Under the pieces are notes generated by a model. It saw nothing but the letters and a program-made list of their open reading frames with translations, did no database searches and was not told the origin of the DNA. Below, in pieces: positions 9,374 through 18,161 of a stretch of 64,000 bases of DNA. Source of the stretch: Thermodesulfobacteriota bacterium (GTDB lineage: Bacteria > Desulfobacterota > Desulfobulbia > Desulfobulbales > JBFMBH01); contig JBFMBH010000002.1 of NCBI GenBank assembly GCA_040755095.1, positions 49,210-113,209 on the forward strand, given 5' to 3'. Position 1 is the stretch's first letter, and each line of letters starts with the position of its first letter. The translations under genes and the position numbers were made by a program.

Positions 9374-10684
9374 ATGCGATCTTCTTACGTCAACTCATTG
9401 TTTTTCTGTTTTTGTCTGGCAGCGACCCCGCCGTCCGGCCCCTGGGCTGCCGGCCCGGAGGCCGGGATCATGGACCTGCCCGGCTGCGTCGCCGAGGCCC
9501 TGGACCGCAGCCGGGACCTCTCCTTGCGCCAAGCGCAGGTGGCGGCGCGGGAGGCGGCCCTGTCCGTCTCCCGCAAGGATCTTTACCCCGGCCTGGGGGC
9601 GGCGTACACAGCCCGTCACCAGCCGGACGCCAGCCTGCTGGGGCCTGAGGGCTACTTCAGCTACAGTCTCAGCCTGAGTCAGCCGGTATACCGGGGCGAG
9701 GCCCTGGTCACGACCGTTGATGTGCGAGCCCTGGAGGTGGACGAGGCCCGCCTCAATCTCGGCCGCACCCGGCAGGATGTGGTCCGGGATGTCTCGGCCG
9801 CCTATTTCGAGCTGCTCCGTTCCGGCAAGGTGGAGGCGGAGGCGGAGCAGGCGGTGGAGCGCTTGGCGGCCCACGTCCGGGATGCCCAGGCCTTTTTCGA
9901 TGCGGGCCTTATCCCCAAAAACGATCTCCTCTTGAGTGAGGTGCAGCTGGCCCAGGGGCGCCAGGATTGGGCCCGGGCCCGGCTTGGCACCGCCCTGGCC
10001 CGGACCCGGCTGAACATCTTTCTGCTCCGGCCTGCGGATCAGGACCTGGCCGTGGCAGACATCCTCACCTATGCCCCCCACAACCGCACCTGGGAGGGAG
10101 TGCTGGCCCTTGCCCTGGAACGGCGGGCCGAGATCCAGGCCGCCCGGGTCGGGGTGCAACGGGCGGACAAAGGCATCACCTTGGCGGATGCCCCGTTCCG
10201 GCCCGCCGTCACCCTTTCGGCTCAGTACCTCAAGCAGGGCGACGAGCCCTTCGCTTCCCCCTATCCGTCCGGACCGGAGGAGGTGAAGACGGTGCAGGCC
10301 AGCCTGGAATGGCACTTCTGGTCCTGGGGGCAACGGGACGACGCCCGGGGGCAGGCCCGGCAGGAATGGCGCCAGGCCGAGATCGCGGTGGACCAGATCA
10401 AAGACGGGGTGATTGTTCAGGTCCGGCAGGCCTTTCTGGCCCTGTTGGAGGCGGAGGGCAACATCGGGGTGACCCGGAAGGCGATTGAGCAGGCCGAGGA
10501 GAATTACCGGCTCAGCCAGGCCCGCTACCAGGCCCAGCTGGCCACCTCCACCGAGGTCCTGGATGCCCAGACGCTCCTTACCCAGGCCCGCACCAATTAC
10601 TTCAACGCGCTCTACGGTTACAACCGCGCTCTGGTGGAGCTTGACTGGGCCTGCGGGGTGCTGGACGGAGGTGGTGCCGGGTGA
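9374..10684 (+). CDS. TolC family outer-membrane efflux protein
   Basis: Signal-like N-terminus. Two repeats of the OEP pattern (YPGLGAAY..., LDAQTLLTQARTNYFNALYGYN). No MFP or RND partner is adjacent. Confidence 0.8.
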   Translation: MRSSYVNSLFFCFCLAATPPSGPWAAGPEAGIMDLPGCVAEALDRSRDLSLRQAQVAAREAALSVSRKDLYPGLGAAYTARHQPDASLLGPEGYFSYSLSLSQPVYRGEALVTTVDVRALEVDEARLNLGRTRQDVVRDVSAAYFELLRSGKVEAEAEQAVERLAAHVRDAQAFFDAGLIPKNDLLLSEVQLAQGRQDWARARLGTALARTRLNIFLLRPADQDLAVADILTYAPHNRTWEGVLALALERRAEIQAARVGVQRADKGITLADAPFRPAVTLSAQYLKQGDEPFASPYPSGPEEVKTVQASLEWHFWSWGQRDDARGQARQEWRQAEIAVDQIKDGVIVQVRQAFLALLEAEGNIGVTRKAIEQAEENYRLSQARYQAQLATSTEVLDAQTLLTQARTNYFNALYGYNRALVELDWACGVLDGGGAG

Positions 10685-12018
10685 AGCACGGACGGCGGGT
10701 CTACATTGAGACCTTCGGTTGCCAGATGAACGAGCGGGATTCGGCACTCATGGCCGATCTCTGCCAGGAGGCCGGCTACCAGCCCACGGCCGCCATGGGC
10801 GAGGCCGACCTGGTGATCATCAACACCTGCTCGGTGCGACGCAAGGCCGAGGAGAAGGTGTACAGCCTCCTGGGCCGCCTGGGACAAAGCAAGCGCCGCC
10901 GGCCCGGTCTCAAGGTGGCGGTCTCCGGGTGTGTGGCCCAGCAGGAGGGCGCTGCCCTCTGTGAGCGGATGCCCCACGTGGATCTGGTGCTGGGGCCCCA
11001 GGGCATCTACCGCCTGCCGGCGCTGCTGAGGGAGCTGGAGGCCGGCGGCGCTCCCCGCGTGGAAACCGCTCTGGCGGCCGACTTCAGGATCCCCATGCTC
11101 CTGCCGCGATCCGCAGGCGCAAGCCCTGGCCACAAGGCCTTCGTGACCATCATGCAGGGCTGCAACAACTTCTGTGCCTACTGCGTGGTGCCCTATACCC
11201 GGGGACGGGAGATCAGCCGGCCGGCCGACGACATCCTGGCCGAGATCGAGCACCTGTGCCGCCACGGCGTCCGGGAGGTCACCTTGCTGGGTCAGAACGT
11301 CAACTCTTACGGAAAGGATGGCAGACAACAGGTTGATTTTCCGCGCCTATTGACGCTTGTTGCCGCCGTGCCCGGCCTGGCCAGGCTGCGCTTCACCACC
11401 AGCCATCCCAAGGACCTCTCGGACGATCTGGTGGCCTTGTTTGCCGACCTGGCGGTCCTTTGCCCGCACCTGCACCTGCCGGTCCAGTCCGGCGCCAACC
11501 GCATCCTGGCCCGCATGAACCGTCGCTATACCCGGGAGGCCTACCTGGAACGGGTGGCGGCCCTCCGCCAGGCGAGGCCGGATGTCGCCCTCACCACCGA
11601 CATCATCGTCGGCTTCCCAGGGGAGAGCGAGGCGGACTTCCAGGAGACCATGCGCCTGGTCGAAGAGGTCCGCTTCCATGGCGCCTTCTCGTTCAAATAC
11701 TCGGACCGCCCGCCAGCACGGGCTGCCGCCATGGACGACAAGGTGCCGGCGGCAACGCAGCAGGACCGTCTGGCCCGTCTCCAGGCGTCACAGGCGGCGA
11801 TCACCAGGGAGCGCCACGCCGAGCTGGTGGGCCAGACCATCCCGGTCATGGCGGATGGCCCGGCTCGCCAGGCCGGCCAGTGGACCGGCCGCACCCCCAC
11901 CAATCTGGTGGTCAACTTCCTCGCCCAGGGGATCACCCCGGGGACCGTCCTGCCGGTCCGCGTCCAGGAGGCCTGTGCCCATTCCCTGCGCGGGGTCGTC
12001 TTCGCCGCCGGCACCTGA
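10681..12018 (+). CDS. miaB: tRNA-2-methylthio-N6-dimethylallyladenosine synthase
   Basis: UPF0004 N-domain (VYIETFGCQMNERDS), radical-SAM motif CNNFCAYCVVP, C-terminal TRAM. The GTG start overlaps the TolC-like stop. Confidence 0.92.
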   Translation: MKHGRRVYIETFGCQMNERDSALMADLCQEAGYQPTAAMGEADLVIINTCSVRRKAEEKVYSLLGRLGQSKRRRPGLKVAVSGCVAQQEGAALCERMPHVDLVLGPQGIYRLPALLRELEAGGAPRVETALAADFRIPMLLPRSAGASPGHKAFVTIMQGCNNFCAYCVVPYTRGREISRPADDILAEIEHLCRHGVREVTLLGQNVNSYGKDGRQQVDFPRLLTLVAAVPGLARLRFTTSHPKDLSDDLVALFADLAVLCPHLHLPVQSGANRILARMNRRYTREAYLERVAALRQARPDVALTTDIIVGFPGESEADFQETMRLVEEVRFHGAFSFKYSDRPPARAAAMDDKVPAATQQDRLARLQASQAAITRERHAELVGQTIPVMADGPARQAGQWTGRTPTNLVVNFLAQGITPGTVLPVRVQEACAHSLRGVVFAAGT

Positions 12019-12033
12019 AGGAGCTGCCACTCA

Positions 12034-12527
12034 TGGCCCTTATCATGCGCGTCGCCGCCATCCAGATCCATCCGGAGACCAACACCCCCGTGGTCTGGCT
12101 CAAGGAGATCGATGGCCAGGCGGTGCTGCCCATCTGGATCGGGGTCCTGGAGGCAACGGCCATCGCCACCCAGCTGGAGCAGGTCGCCTTCCCCCGGCCC
12201 ATGACCCACGACCTGCTCCGGAACGTCCTTGTTGCGCTGGGGGCCACGGTGACCCAGATCGAGATTACCGAGCTTCGGGACAACACCTTCTACGCCCTCA
12301 TCGACCTGGTCACTGCCGGCGGCCGCCGTTTGCGGGTGGATGCCCGGCCCAGCGATGCCATCGCCCTGGCCCTGCGCTGCCAAGTCCCGATTCTGGTGGA
12401 CGAGGGGGTGCCGGCCGCCCTGGGGGCCGACAAGGCTGAGGCGGACGAGGCCGGCGAGGGAGACGACAAGAGGTGGCGGGAGCTCCTGGCCAAGCTGCCG
12501 CCGGATTTCGGCAAGTACAAGATGTGA
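12034..12527 (+). CDS. Bifunctional nuclease family protein (DUF151/BFN)
   Basis: Motifs PVVWLKE...LPIWIG..EA.AI, RPMTHDL and ARPSDAIALALR. Confidence 0.8.
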
Positions 12528-12550
12528 CCCCTTCCCTGCCCTGGTGCCCC

Positions 12551-13195
12551 ATGCTGGATCTCCACACCCATTCCCTGTTCAGTGACGGCGAGCTGCTGCC
12601 GGCGGAGCTGGTGCGCCGGGTGGAGGTCCTGGGCTACGAGGCGGTGGCGATCACCGACCATGCCGACTCCTCCAACCTGGAGATCATTGTCCCCAGCCTG
12701 GCTCGGCTGGCCGCCGAGCTGGCCGGCCATACCCGCACCCGGCTCATCCCCGGGGTGGAGATCACCCATGTGCCGCCGGGCCTTTTCGGCCAGCTGGTCT
12801 CCCGGGCCCGGGCCCTGGGCGCCCGGATCGTGGTCGGCCACGGTGAGACCCCGGTGGAGCCGGTGGCCCCCGGCACCAACCTGGCCGCCATCGAGGCGGG
12901 GGTGGACCTTCTTGCCCATCCCGGCTTCATCAGCGAGGAGGAGGTCCGCCTGGCGGTCAGCCGCGGCGTCTTCCTGGAGATCTCCGGCCGCAAGGGCCAT
13001 TCCCTCACCAACGGCCATGTTGCCCGCCTGGCAGTGGCCGCCGGCGCCCGGCTCGCGGTTTGCGCCGACGGCCACGCGCCCGGCGACTTTCTTACCCCCG
13101 CCTTTGCCGAGACCGTGGCCCTGGGTGCGGGGCTCACCCGCGAGCACTACCTCAAGCTGCGCCGGGACATGGCCGCGCTCGCCGCCGGCCGCTGA
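12551..13195 (+). CDS. PHP-domain metal-dependent phosphoesterase
   Basis: N-terminal LDLHTHSLFSDG, then AITDHAD and GVEITH. Confidence 0.8.
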   Translation: MLDLHTHSLFSDGELLPAELVRRVEVLGYEAVAITDHADSSNLEIIVPSLARLAAELAGHTRTRLIPGVEITHVPPGLFGQLVSRARALGARIVVGHGETPVEPVAPGTNLAAIEAGVDLLAHPGFISEEEVRLAVSRGVFLEISGRKGHSLTNGHVARLAVAAGARLAVCADGHAPGDFLTPAFAETVALGAGLTREHYLKLRRDMAALAAGR

Positions 13196-13493
13196 GCGGT
13201 CGGCCCGTTCCCTGCCGGGCCCCCAGCCCCGATTCCACGCCCCCTCGTCCCTTGCGCGCCAGCGCAGGCAGTGAAGATGGGTGGCGCGCCGAGCGGCACC
13301 CACTCGACCCGGCCGGCAATGGAGTTGCCGCTGTCCCCTCCCCCCATCCAACAGCATCCCGCTTGACCGGCGCGACCGCCGAAAGCGCTCTGGTGGCCGT
13401 TGCCGGAGCGGGCTGCCCGTTTCCTGCCGAGCCCTCAGCCTGTCCGCTCCCGTCCCGATCGGAACGGGTGTCCCCAGTCAGTATGTTTTGCGC

Positions 13494-13523
13494 TTGACTC
13501 GATCACTCCAAGTAGTGTATACC
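13494..13523 (+). promoter_or_regulatory. Candidate sigma70-type promoter upstream of the S8 protease (TTGACT, 18-nt spacer, TATACC)
   Basis: Hexamers read directly in a locally AT-richer patch about 225 nt upstream of the protease ATG. Confidence 0.3.
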
Positions 13524-13746
13524 TGCCGGAAATTGAGGAGTAGTCCGGGAAATATAGGAGGTATGACTACTATCACCAGGTGGCATCCAGGTCCACGTGG
13601 CCTGCCAGTGGCTGTGCCGGTGAACCGGATGCCAGGGGAAGGAGGTGGTGGGAAGGCCCTGCTTTTCCGGTTCGTGAGCCGTGTCGACCGAGGCCAGTGG
13701 AGCGGCCTTTGCGTGCCAATTGATCGTAACGTGGAGAATACCCGTG

Positions 13747-16700
13747 ATGAAGAAGACGAGGATGTCGCTGAGCGGTGTTTCCCGGAGGTACGCGGCCGTG
13801 GCGATTCCGGCAGCGTTGCTGCTGGGATCGGTGGCCCCGGCCTGGTCCCAACCAGCGCCGGCCGCCCCCCGGGACCTCCCCCATGCTCCCCGCCTGGAGC
13901 TGCAGACCGGCGAACGGGCGTTGACCGGCCAGCCCAGAGCGGGCGGGTCCACGAAGCCGACTGCGGCCCCGCCTGCTGCCGAGCTGAGCGGGCGGTCACG
14001 CGTTCACCTGCCACAGGGGCCGAGCGCGCCTGCAGTGGGCTCGAAGCCCGGCGCCACGCCACGGCCGGCACGCCTGCCCGGCGCCCAGGTCCAGCTGCCC
14101 GAGGCCGGCGCACCGGCGCGCATCCTTCCCCAGTCCCAGGTCCCCCAGGGGGCCAGGCTGCAGCTGCGGACCTCGGATGGTGGCCCGGACCTGAACGGGC
14201 AATCGGCCCGCGGGCTGGCCACTCTGCCTCCTGCCAAATCCGGTGCCCAGGTGCAGGACCAGAGCTTGCGGCCTGCATACAAGGAAGGTGAGGTCATCGT
14301 CCGCTTCAAGAAGGGGGTCGGCCGGGCCCGGATGACCGAGGTGGCGGCGACCCACGGGCTGGGGCAGGCCAAGCGGTTCCGCGCCCTTTCCCAGGCACAC
14401 GGCCAGGAGATCGCCCTGTTTCGAGCCCCCGGCAAGAGCGCCGCCGGTCTGGTGGCGGCCCTCCGGCGGCATCCTCAGGTGGAGAGCGTGTCGCTCAACT
14501 ACCGGAAGGAGCTTCGCGCCACGCTTCCCGATGACCCTCTCTTTGGCGAGCAGTGGCCGCTGCACAACCTGGGCCAGACCGGCGGGGTTGAGGACGCGGA
14601 TGTGGACGGCCCGGAGGCATGGGACAGGCAGACAGGCTCGTCGGATGTGGTGGTCGCGGTTCTCGATACGGGGGTCAACTACCTCCACCCGGACCTCGAC
14701 GACAACCTGTGGCGCAATCCGGGTGAGATCCCGGACAACGGCGTCGACGACGATGGCAACGGCTACGTGGACGACGTCTTCGGCATCGATACCGGGAACG
14801 GCGACACTGACCCCATGGACGATCACGGCCACGGCACCCACGTCTCCGGCACGGTCGCCGCCGAGGGCGGCAATGGCCAAGGGGTGGCCGGGGTGAACTG
14901 GAATGCCCGGGTCATGGCGGTCAAGGGCTTTGCGGCTGACGGCTACATGTACACCGATGCCGAGCTGGAGGCCCTGGACTACATCCTCATGATGCGGCTG
15001 CGGGGCGAGAACGTGGTGGCGGTGAATGCCTCCTTCGGCTGTTACGGCTGTTTCGATGCCATCGAGAAGGCCGCCATCGAGACCCTGGGCGCCGCCGGCG
15101 TGGTTTTTGTGGCTGCGGCGGGCAACGACGGCACGAACAACGACACGGAGCCCCATTACCCGTCCAGCTATGATTGTCCCAACCTCCTGAGCGTGGCGGC
15201 CACCGACTCGTCCGACAACCTGGCCGGGTTTTCCAACTACGGGCCCACCTCCGTCGATCTGGGCGCTCCGGGCCAGGAGGTGCTGAGCACCGTCTCCTGG
15301 ATCGACTACAGCCTCTTGCCCGGCGGACCCTTTGCCGACGACATGGAGTCCGGCATGACCCAGTGGTGGCAGGCGGATGCCCCCTGGGCGATCACCGAGG
15401 AGCAGGCTTTAAGCCCCACCCACGCCTGGTCCGACAGCCCTGGTGGCGAGTACGCCAACGACACCTTCGCCGCCATCTATGCGAACCCCGTGGACCTGAG
15501 CGGTGTCTCCGGCCAGTACGGCCTCGGGTTCTCCTCCCGGTTTGACCTCGAGCGCAATTACGACTGGCTCGACGTCTACTTCTTTCAGGGCGGCGCGGGG
15601 CTCGAGGAGTGGGCCCTGACCGAGGAGCAGGCTTTAAGCCCCACCCACGCCTGGTCCGACAGCCCCGGCGGCAACTATTCGAACAACACCAGCAACTGGC
15701 TCCTGAGTCCCGTCGTCGACCTGGGCGGTGGTGCCGACTTCGAGGAATGGCAGCTGACCAGCGAGCTGAGCTACAACGGCGAGTACGCCTGGTCGGACAG
15801 CCCCGGCGGCAACTACTCCAACGAAACGTACAACGTCCTCATGAGCCCGGTGATCGACCTGTCCGGCGCTTCCCAGACCAATCTGGTGGCGCTCGATTTC
15901 ATGCTTACCGGGCAGCTTGAAGCCGACTACGACTCGTTGCTGGTGTACTACAGCGCTGACGGCGGGGCTTCCTGGACGTACAGCGGCTACTATCTGACCG
16001 GTGACGCCAGCGACCAGTGGTACTGGGTGGGCTTCCCGGCCATCCCCCCCGAGTTTCGTACCGCCCAGTTCCGGATGGCTTTTGTCCTGGACAGTGACTT
16101 CAGCATCACCTACGACGGCTACCATATTGATGACGTGTGGGTTTACGACTGGGACCTCGACGTCACCCATTTCCGGGACACCCTGGAATTCGGAGAGGGT
16201 GGCTGGGCGCACTACAACGCCAGCTCGGGCGGTGGCTCGGCCGGGGTCGAGCTTGACTTTGCTCTTACCGGGGCAGCCGAGAGCGATTGGGATTATCTGG
16301 ACGTGTACTGCAGCGGCAACGGTGGCGGGATGTGGACCTACCTCGGCTCGCTCACCGGCGAGTTTGCCGGCTGGTACGGCATCTACGCGAGCCTGGCCAC
16401 CGAATGCATCACCAGCCAGGCCCGGGTGGCTTTCAACCTGTGGAGCGACGGCAGCATCACCGAGGATGGCTATTACATCGACGACGTCTCCCTCTACAGC
16501 TATGGCAGTGGCACCTACGCCTTCTCGGACGACCTGGAGTCCGGCGGGGCCGGCTGGGAGCACGTGCAGGCGAACAACGGCGGTGAGTGGGTGTACATGG
16601 GCGGGGTCACGGGGTCCACAGGCGGCGCCTGGCGGGACTATGTCGTGCCGATTCCGAATGCATTCCTGACCCCTGATTTCGACGTCGCCTTTGTGCTCAC

Positions 16701-17334
16701 CTCCGACGCGACCATCACCGGCGACGGTGCCTACGTCGATGACGTGGCGGTGGGGCCGGTCAGCGCGACCCCGGTCCACGGCTACCAGGCCTGGAGCGGC
16801 ACCTCTATGGCGACCCCGCATGTGACCGGTGCGGTGGCCCTGGCCGCGGCCGAGCATCCGGGCGACAGCGCCGCCGAGCGCCGCCAGCGCATTCTCGACG
16901 GAGTGGATCCCCTGGCCAGCCTGGCCGGCCAGGTGGCCACGGACGGCCGCCTCAATCTGGCTGCCGCCCTGGGTGAACCGGACCAGGACGGCGACGGGGT
17001 GCCGGACGACCTGGACAACTGCCCGGCCCACGTGAACCCCAGCCAGGTCGACGCGGACAGCGACGGCCTGGGGGATGCCTGCGACAACTGTACGCTGGTG
17101 GCGAACGCCAGCCAGCGCGACACGAACAGCGATGGCTTCGGCAACATGTGTGATCCCGACTTCAATGGCGACCGTGTGGTCAACTTTGCCGACCTCGCCT
17201 ATCTGAAGTCGAAATGGCTCACTGCCGATCCGGATGCCGACCTCAACGGTGATAACATGGTGAACTTCGCCGACCTGGCGAGACTGAAGTCCTTCTGGCT
17301 CCGGCCCCCGGGCCCCAGCGGCCTGGTGCCGTGA
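13747..17334 (+). CDS. Secreted S8 (subtilisin-family) serine peptidase with nested jelly-roll-like modules, TSP3 repeats and a dockerin-like tail
   Basis: Signal peptide MKKTRMSLSG...APAWSQ. Inhibitor_I9-like propeptide (EVIVRFKKG). Catalytic motifs VAVLDTG (Asp codon 14665), HGHGTHVSG (His codon 14830), AAAGNDG (Asn codon 15124) and GTSMATPHVTG (Ser codon 16804). C-terminal DxDxDG repeats and duplicated DxNGDxxVNFADLAxLKSxW. Confidence 0.9.
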   Translation: MKKTRMSLSGVSRRYAAVAIPAALLLGSVAPAWSQPAPAAPRDLPHAPRLELQTGERALTGQPRAGGSTKPTAAPPAAELSGRSRVHLPQGPSAPAVGSKPGATPRPARLPGAQVQLPEAGAPARILPQSQVPQGARLQLRTSDGGPDLNGQSARGLATLPPAKSGAQVQDQSLRPAYKEGEVIVRFKKGVGRARMTEVAATHGLGQAKRFRALSQAHGQEIALFRAPGKSAAGLVAALRRHPQVESVSLNYRKELRATLPDDPLFGEQWPLHNLGQTGGVEDADVDGPEAWDRQTGSSDVVVAVLDTGVNYLHPDLDDNLWRNPGEIPDNGVDDDGNGYVDDVFGIDTGNGDTDPMDDHGHGTHVSGTVAAEGGNGQGVAGVNWNARVMAVKGFAADGYMYTDAELEALDYILMMRLRGENVVAVNASFGCYGCFDAIEKAAIETLGAAGVVFVAAAGNDGTNNDTEPHYPSSYDCPNLLSVAATDSSDNLAGFSNYGPTSVDLGAPGQEVLSTVSWIDYSLLPGGPFADDMESGMTQWWQADAPWAITEEQALSPTHAWSDSPGGEYANDTFAAIYANPVDLSGVSGQYGLGFSSRFDLERNYDWLDVYFFQGGAGLEEWALTEEQALSPTHAWSDSPGGNYSNNTSNWLLSPVVDLGGGADFEEWQLTSELSYNGEYAWSDSPGGNYSNETYNVLMSPVIDLSGASQTNLVALDFMLTGQLEADYDSLLVYYSADGGASWTYSGYYLTGDASDQWYWVGFPAIPPEFRTAQFRMAFVLDSDFSITYDGYHIDDVWVYDWDLDVTHFRDTLEFGEGGWAHYNASSGGGSAGVELDFALTGAAESDWDYLDVYCSGNGGGMWTYLGSLTGEFAGWYGIYASLATECITSQARVAFNLWSDGSITEDGYYIDDVSLYSYGSGTYAFSDDLESGGAGWEHVQANNGGEWVYMGGVTGSTGGAWRDYVVPIPNAFLTPDFDVAFVLTSDATITGDGAYVDDVAVGPVSATPVHGYQAWSGTSMATPHVTGAVALAAAEHPGDSAAERRQRILDGVDPLASLAGQVATDGRLNLAAALGEPDQDGDGVPDDLDNCPAHVNPSQVDADSDGLGDACDNCTLVANASQRDTNSDGFGNMCDPDFNGDRVVNFADLAYLKSKWLTADPDADLNGDNMVNFADLARLKSFWLRPPGPSGLVP
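15394..15665 (+). repeat. Perfect 47-nt direct repeat (15394-15440 and 15619-15665) within the protease gene
   Basis: ACCGAGGAGCAGGCTTTAAGCCCCACCCACGCCTGGTCCGACAGCCC occurs twice, 225 nt apart. It encodes TEEQALSPTHAWSDSP. A third, diverged copy lies near 15780. Confidence 0.95.
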
Positions 17335-17351
17335 GGTCCCCTGGAGCCCGG

Positions 17352-17384
17352 CCGGTGCGAGGCCCTCGCAAGGCCTCGCACCGG
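17352..17384 (+). terminator. Strong hairpin after the protease gene (13-bp perfect stem, 7-nt loop), no clear U-tract
   Basis: CCGGTGCGAGGCC-ctcgcaa-GGCCTCGCACCGG begins 18 nt after the stop codon. Confidence 0.45.
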
Positions 17385-17549
17385 CGCTTCGAACCGAGTG
17401 GTGCACGAGCAAAGGGCGCTGGCCCGGCCTGCTCTACCCTCAACCCCAGCAAAGGAGGAAAGGGCGCGACGAGCGACGACGGGTTCCTTCAGGCAAGGGC
17501 TTCGAGGTCAGACCCCTGGATCAACCATGGCGTACCCGAACGAGGAGAT

Positions 17550-18110
17550 ATGGCAATGAAAAAAATGGTCCTTGCCGCGGCTGCGGCGCTGGCGCTCAGC
17601 GGCCAGGCGGCCGGCGTCCAGGCAGCCACCATCTGGCTTTCACCGACCTCGCAGACGGTGATGGTCGGCGATCCGGTCACCCTGCAGATGTTCATGGACT
17701 TCACTGACGAGGCGACCTTCGGCGGTGGAGTCGATCTGTTCTACAACGATGCGGTGCTGGATTACGTGTCCTACACCCCGGGGGGCATCGGCATGCCCTT
17801 CTACGATCGGGCCCCGGACGAGCTGCCCGGTGAGCTGAACGGCATCGGCTTCGGCCATGACAACGGCATTTCAGGCCCGGGGCTGGTGGGCACCCTGCTC
17901 TTCAACGCGGTGATCCGGGGTACCGTGGACATCACCCTGGCGACCAACGATCTGCCCCTGGGTGAGTTCTATTCGGCCGTGGATTTCGAGCGGATGACCG
18001 TCGACTACCTGGGCGCCCAGGTGAATGCCGTTCCGCTCCCTGCTGCGGGGTGGCTCCTGGGGTCCGGGCTGCTGGGCCTGGTCGGCCTGCGGCGACGCCA
18101 GGACAGCTAG
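17550..18110 (+). CDS. Secreted cohesin-like domain protein with VPLPA/PEP-CTERM-type C-terminal sorting signal
   Basis: GAGGAG SD, signal peptide ending AGVQA. Cohesin-like pattern SQTVMVGDPVTLQMFMDF...GGGVDLFYNDAVLDYVSYTPGG. C-terminus VPLPAAGWLLGSGLLGLVGLRRRQDS. Confidence 0.7.
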   Translation: MAMKKMVLAAAAALALSGQAAGVQAATIWLSPTSQTVMVGDPVTLQMFMDFTDEATFGGGVDLFYNDAVLDYVSYTPGGIGMPFYDRAPDELPGELNGIGFGHDNGISGPGLVGTLLFNAVIRGTVDITLATNDLPLGEFYSAVDFERMTVDYLGAQVNAVPLPAAGWLLGSGLLGLVGLRRRQDS

Positions 18111-18161
18111 GCCTCCTCCGGTGCGAGTTGTGCAACCAACCTATCGAGATGAGGACAAGAT

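Noticed and set aside
13556-13600. AGGAGGT followed directly by ATG (13563), which looks like a strong ribosome-binding site for a small ORF upstream of the protease.
   Set aside because: The SD-to-ATG spacing is about 1 nt, which is too short. The frame runs for hundreds of codons across the protease start with an Arg/Gly/Pro-rich product.
15394-15665. The 47-nt repeat could be a template/variable repeat pair of a diversity-generating retroelement.
   Set aside because: The copies are identical, with no adenine-specific differences. Both lie inside the same ORF, and no reverse transcriptase or accessory gene is in the window.
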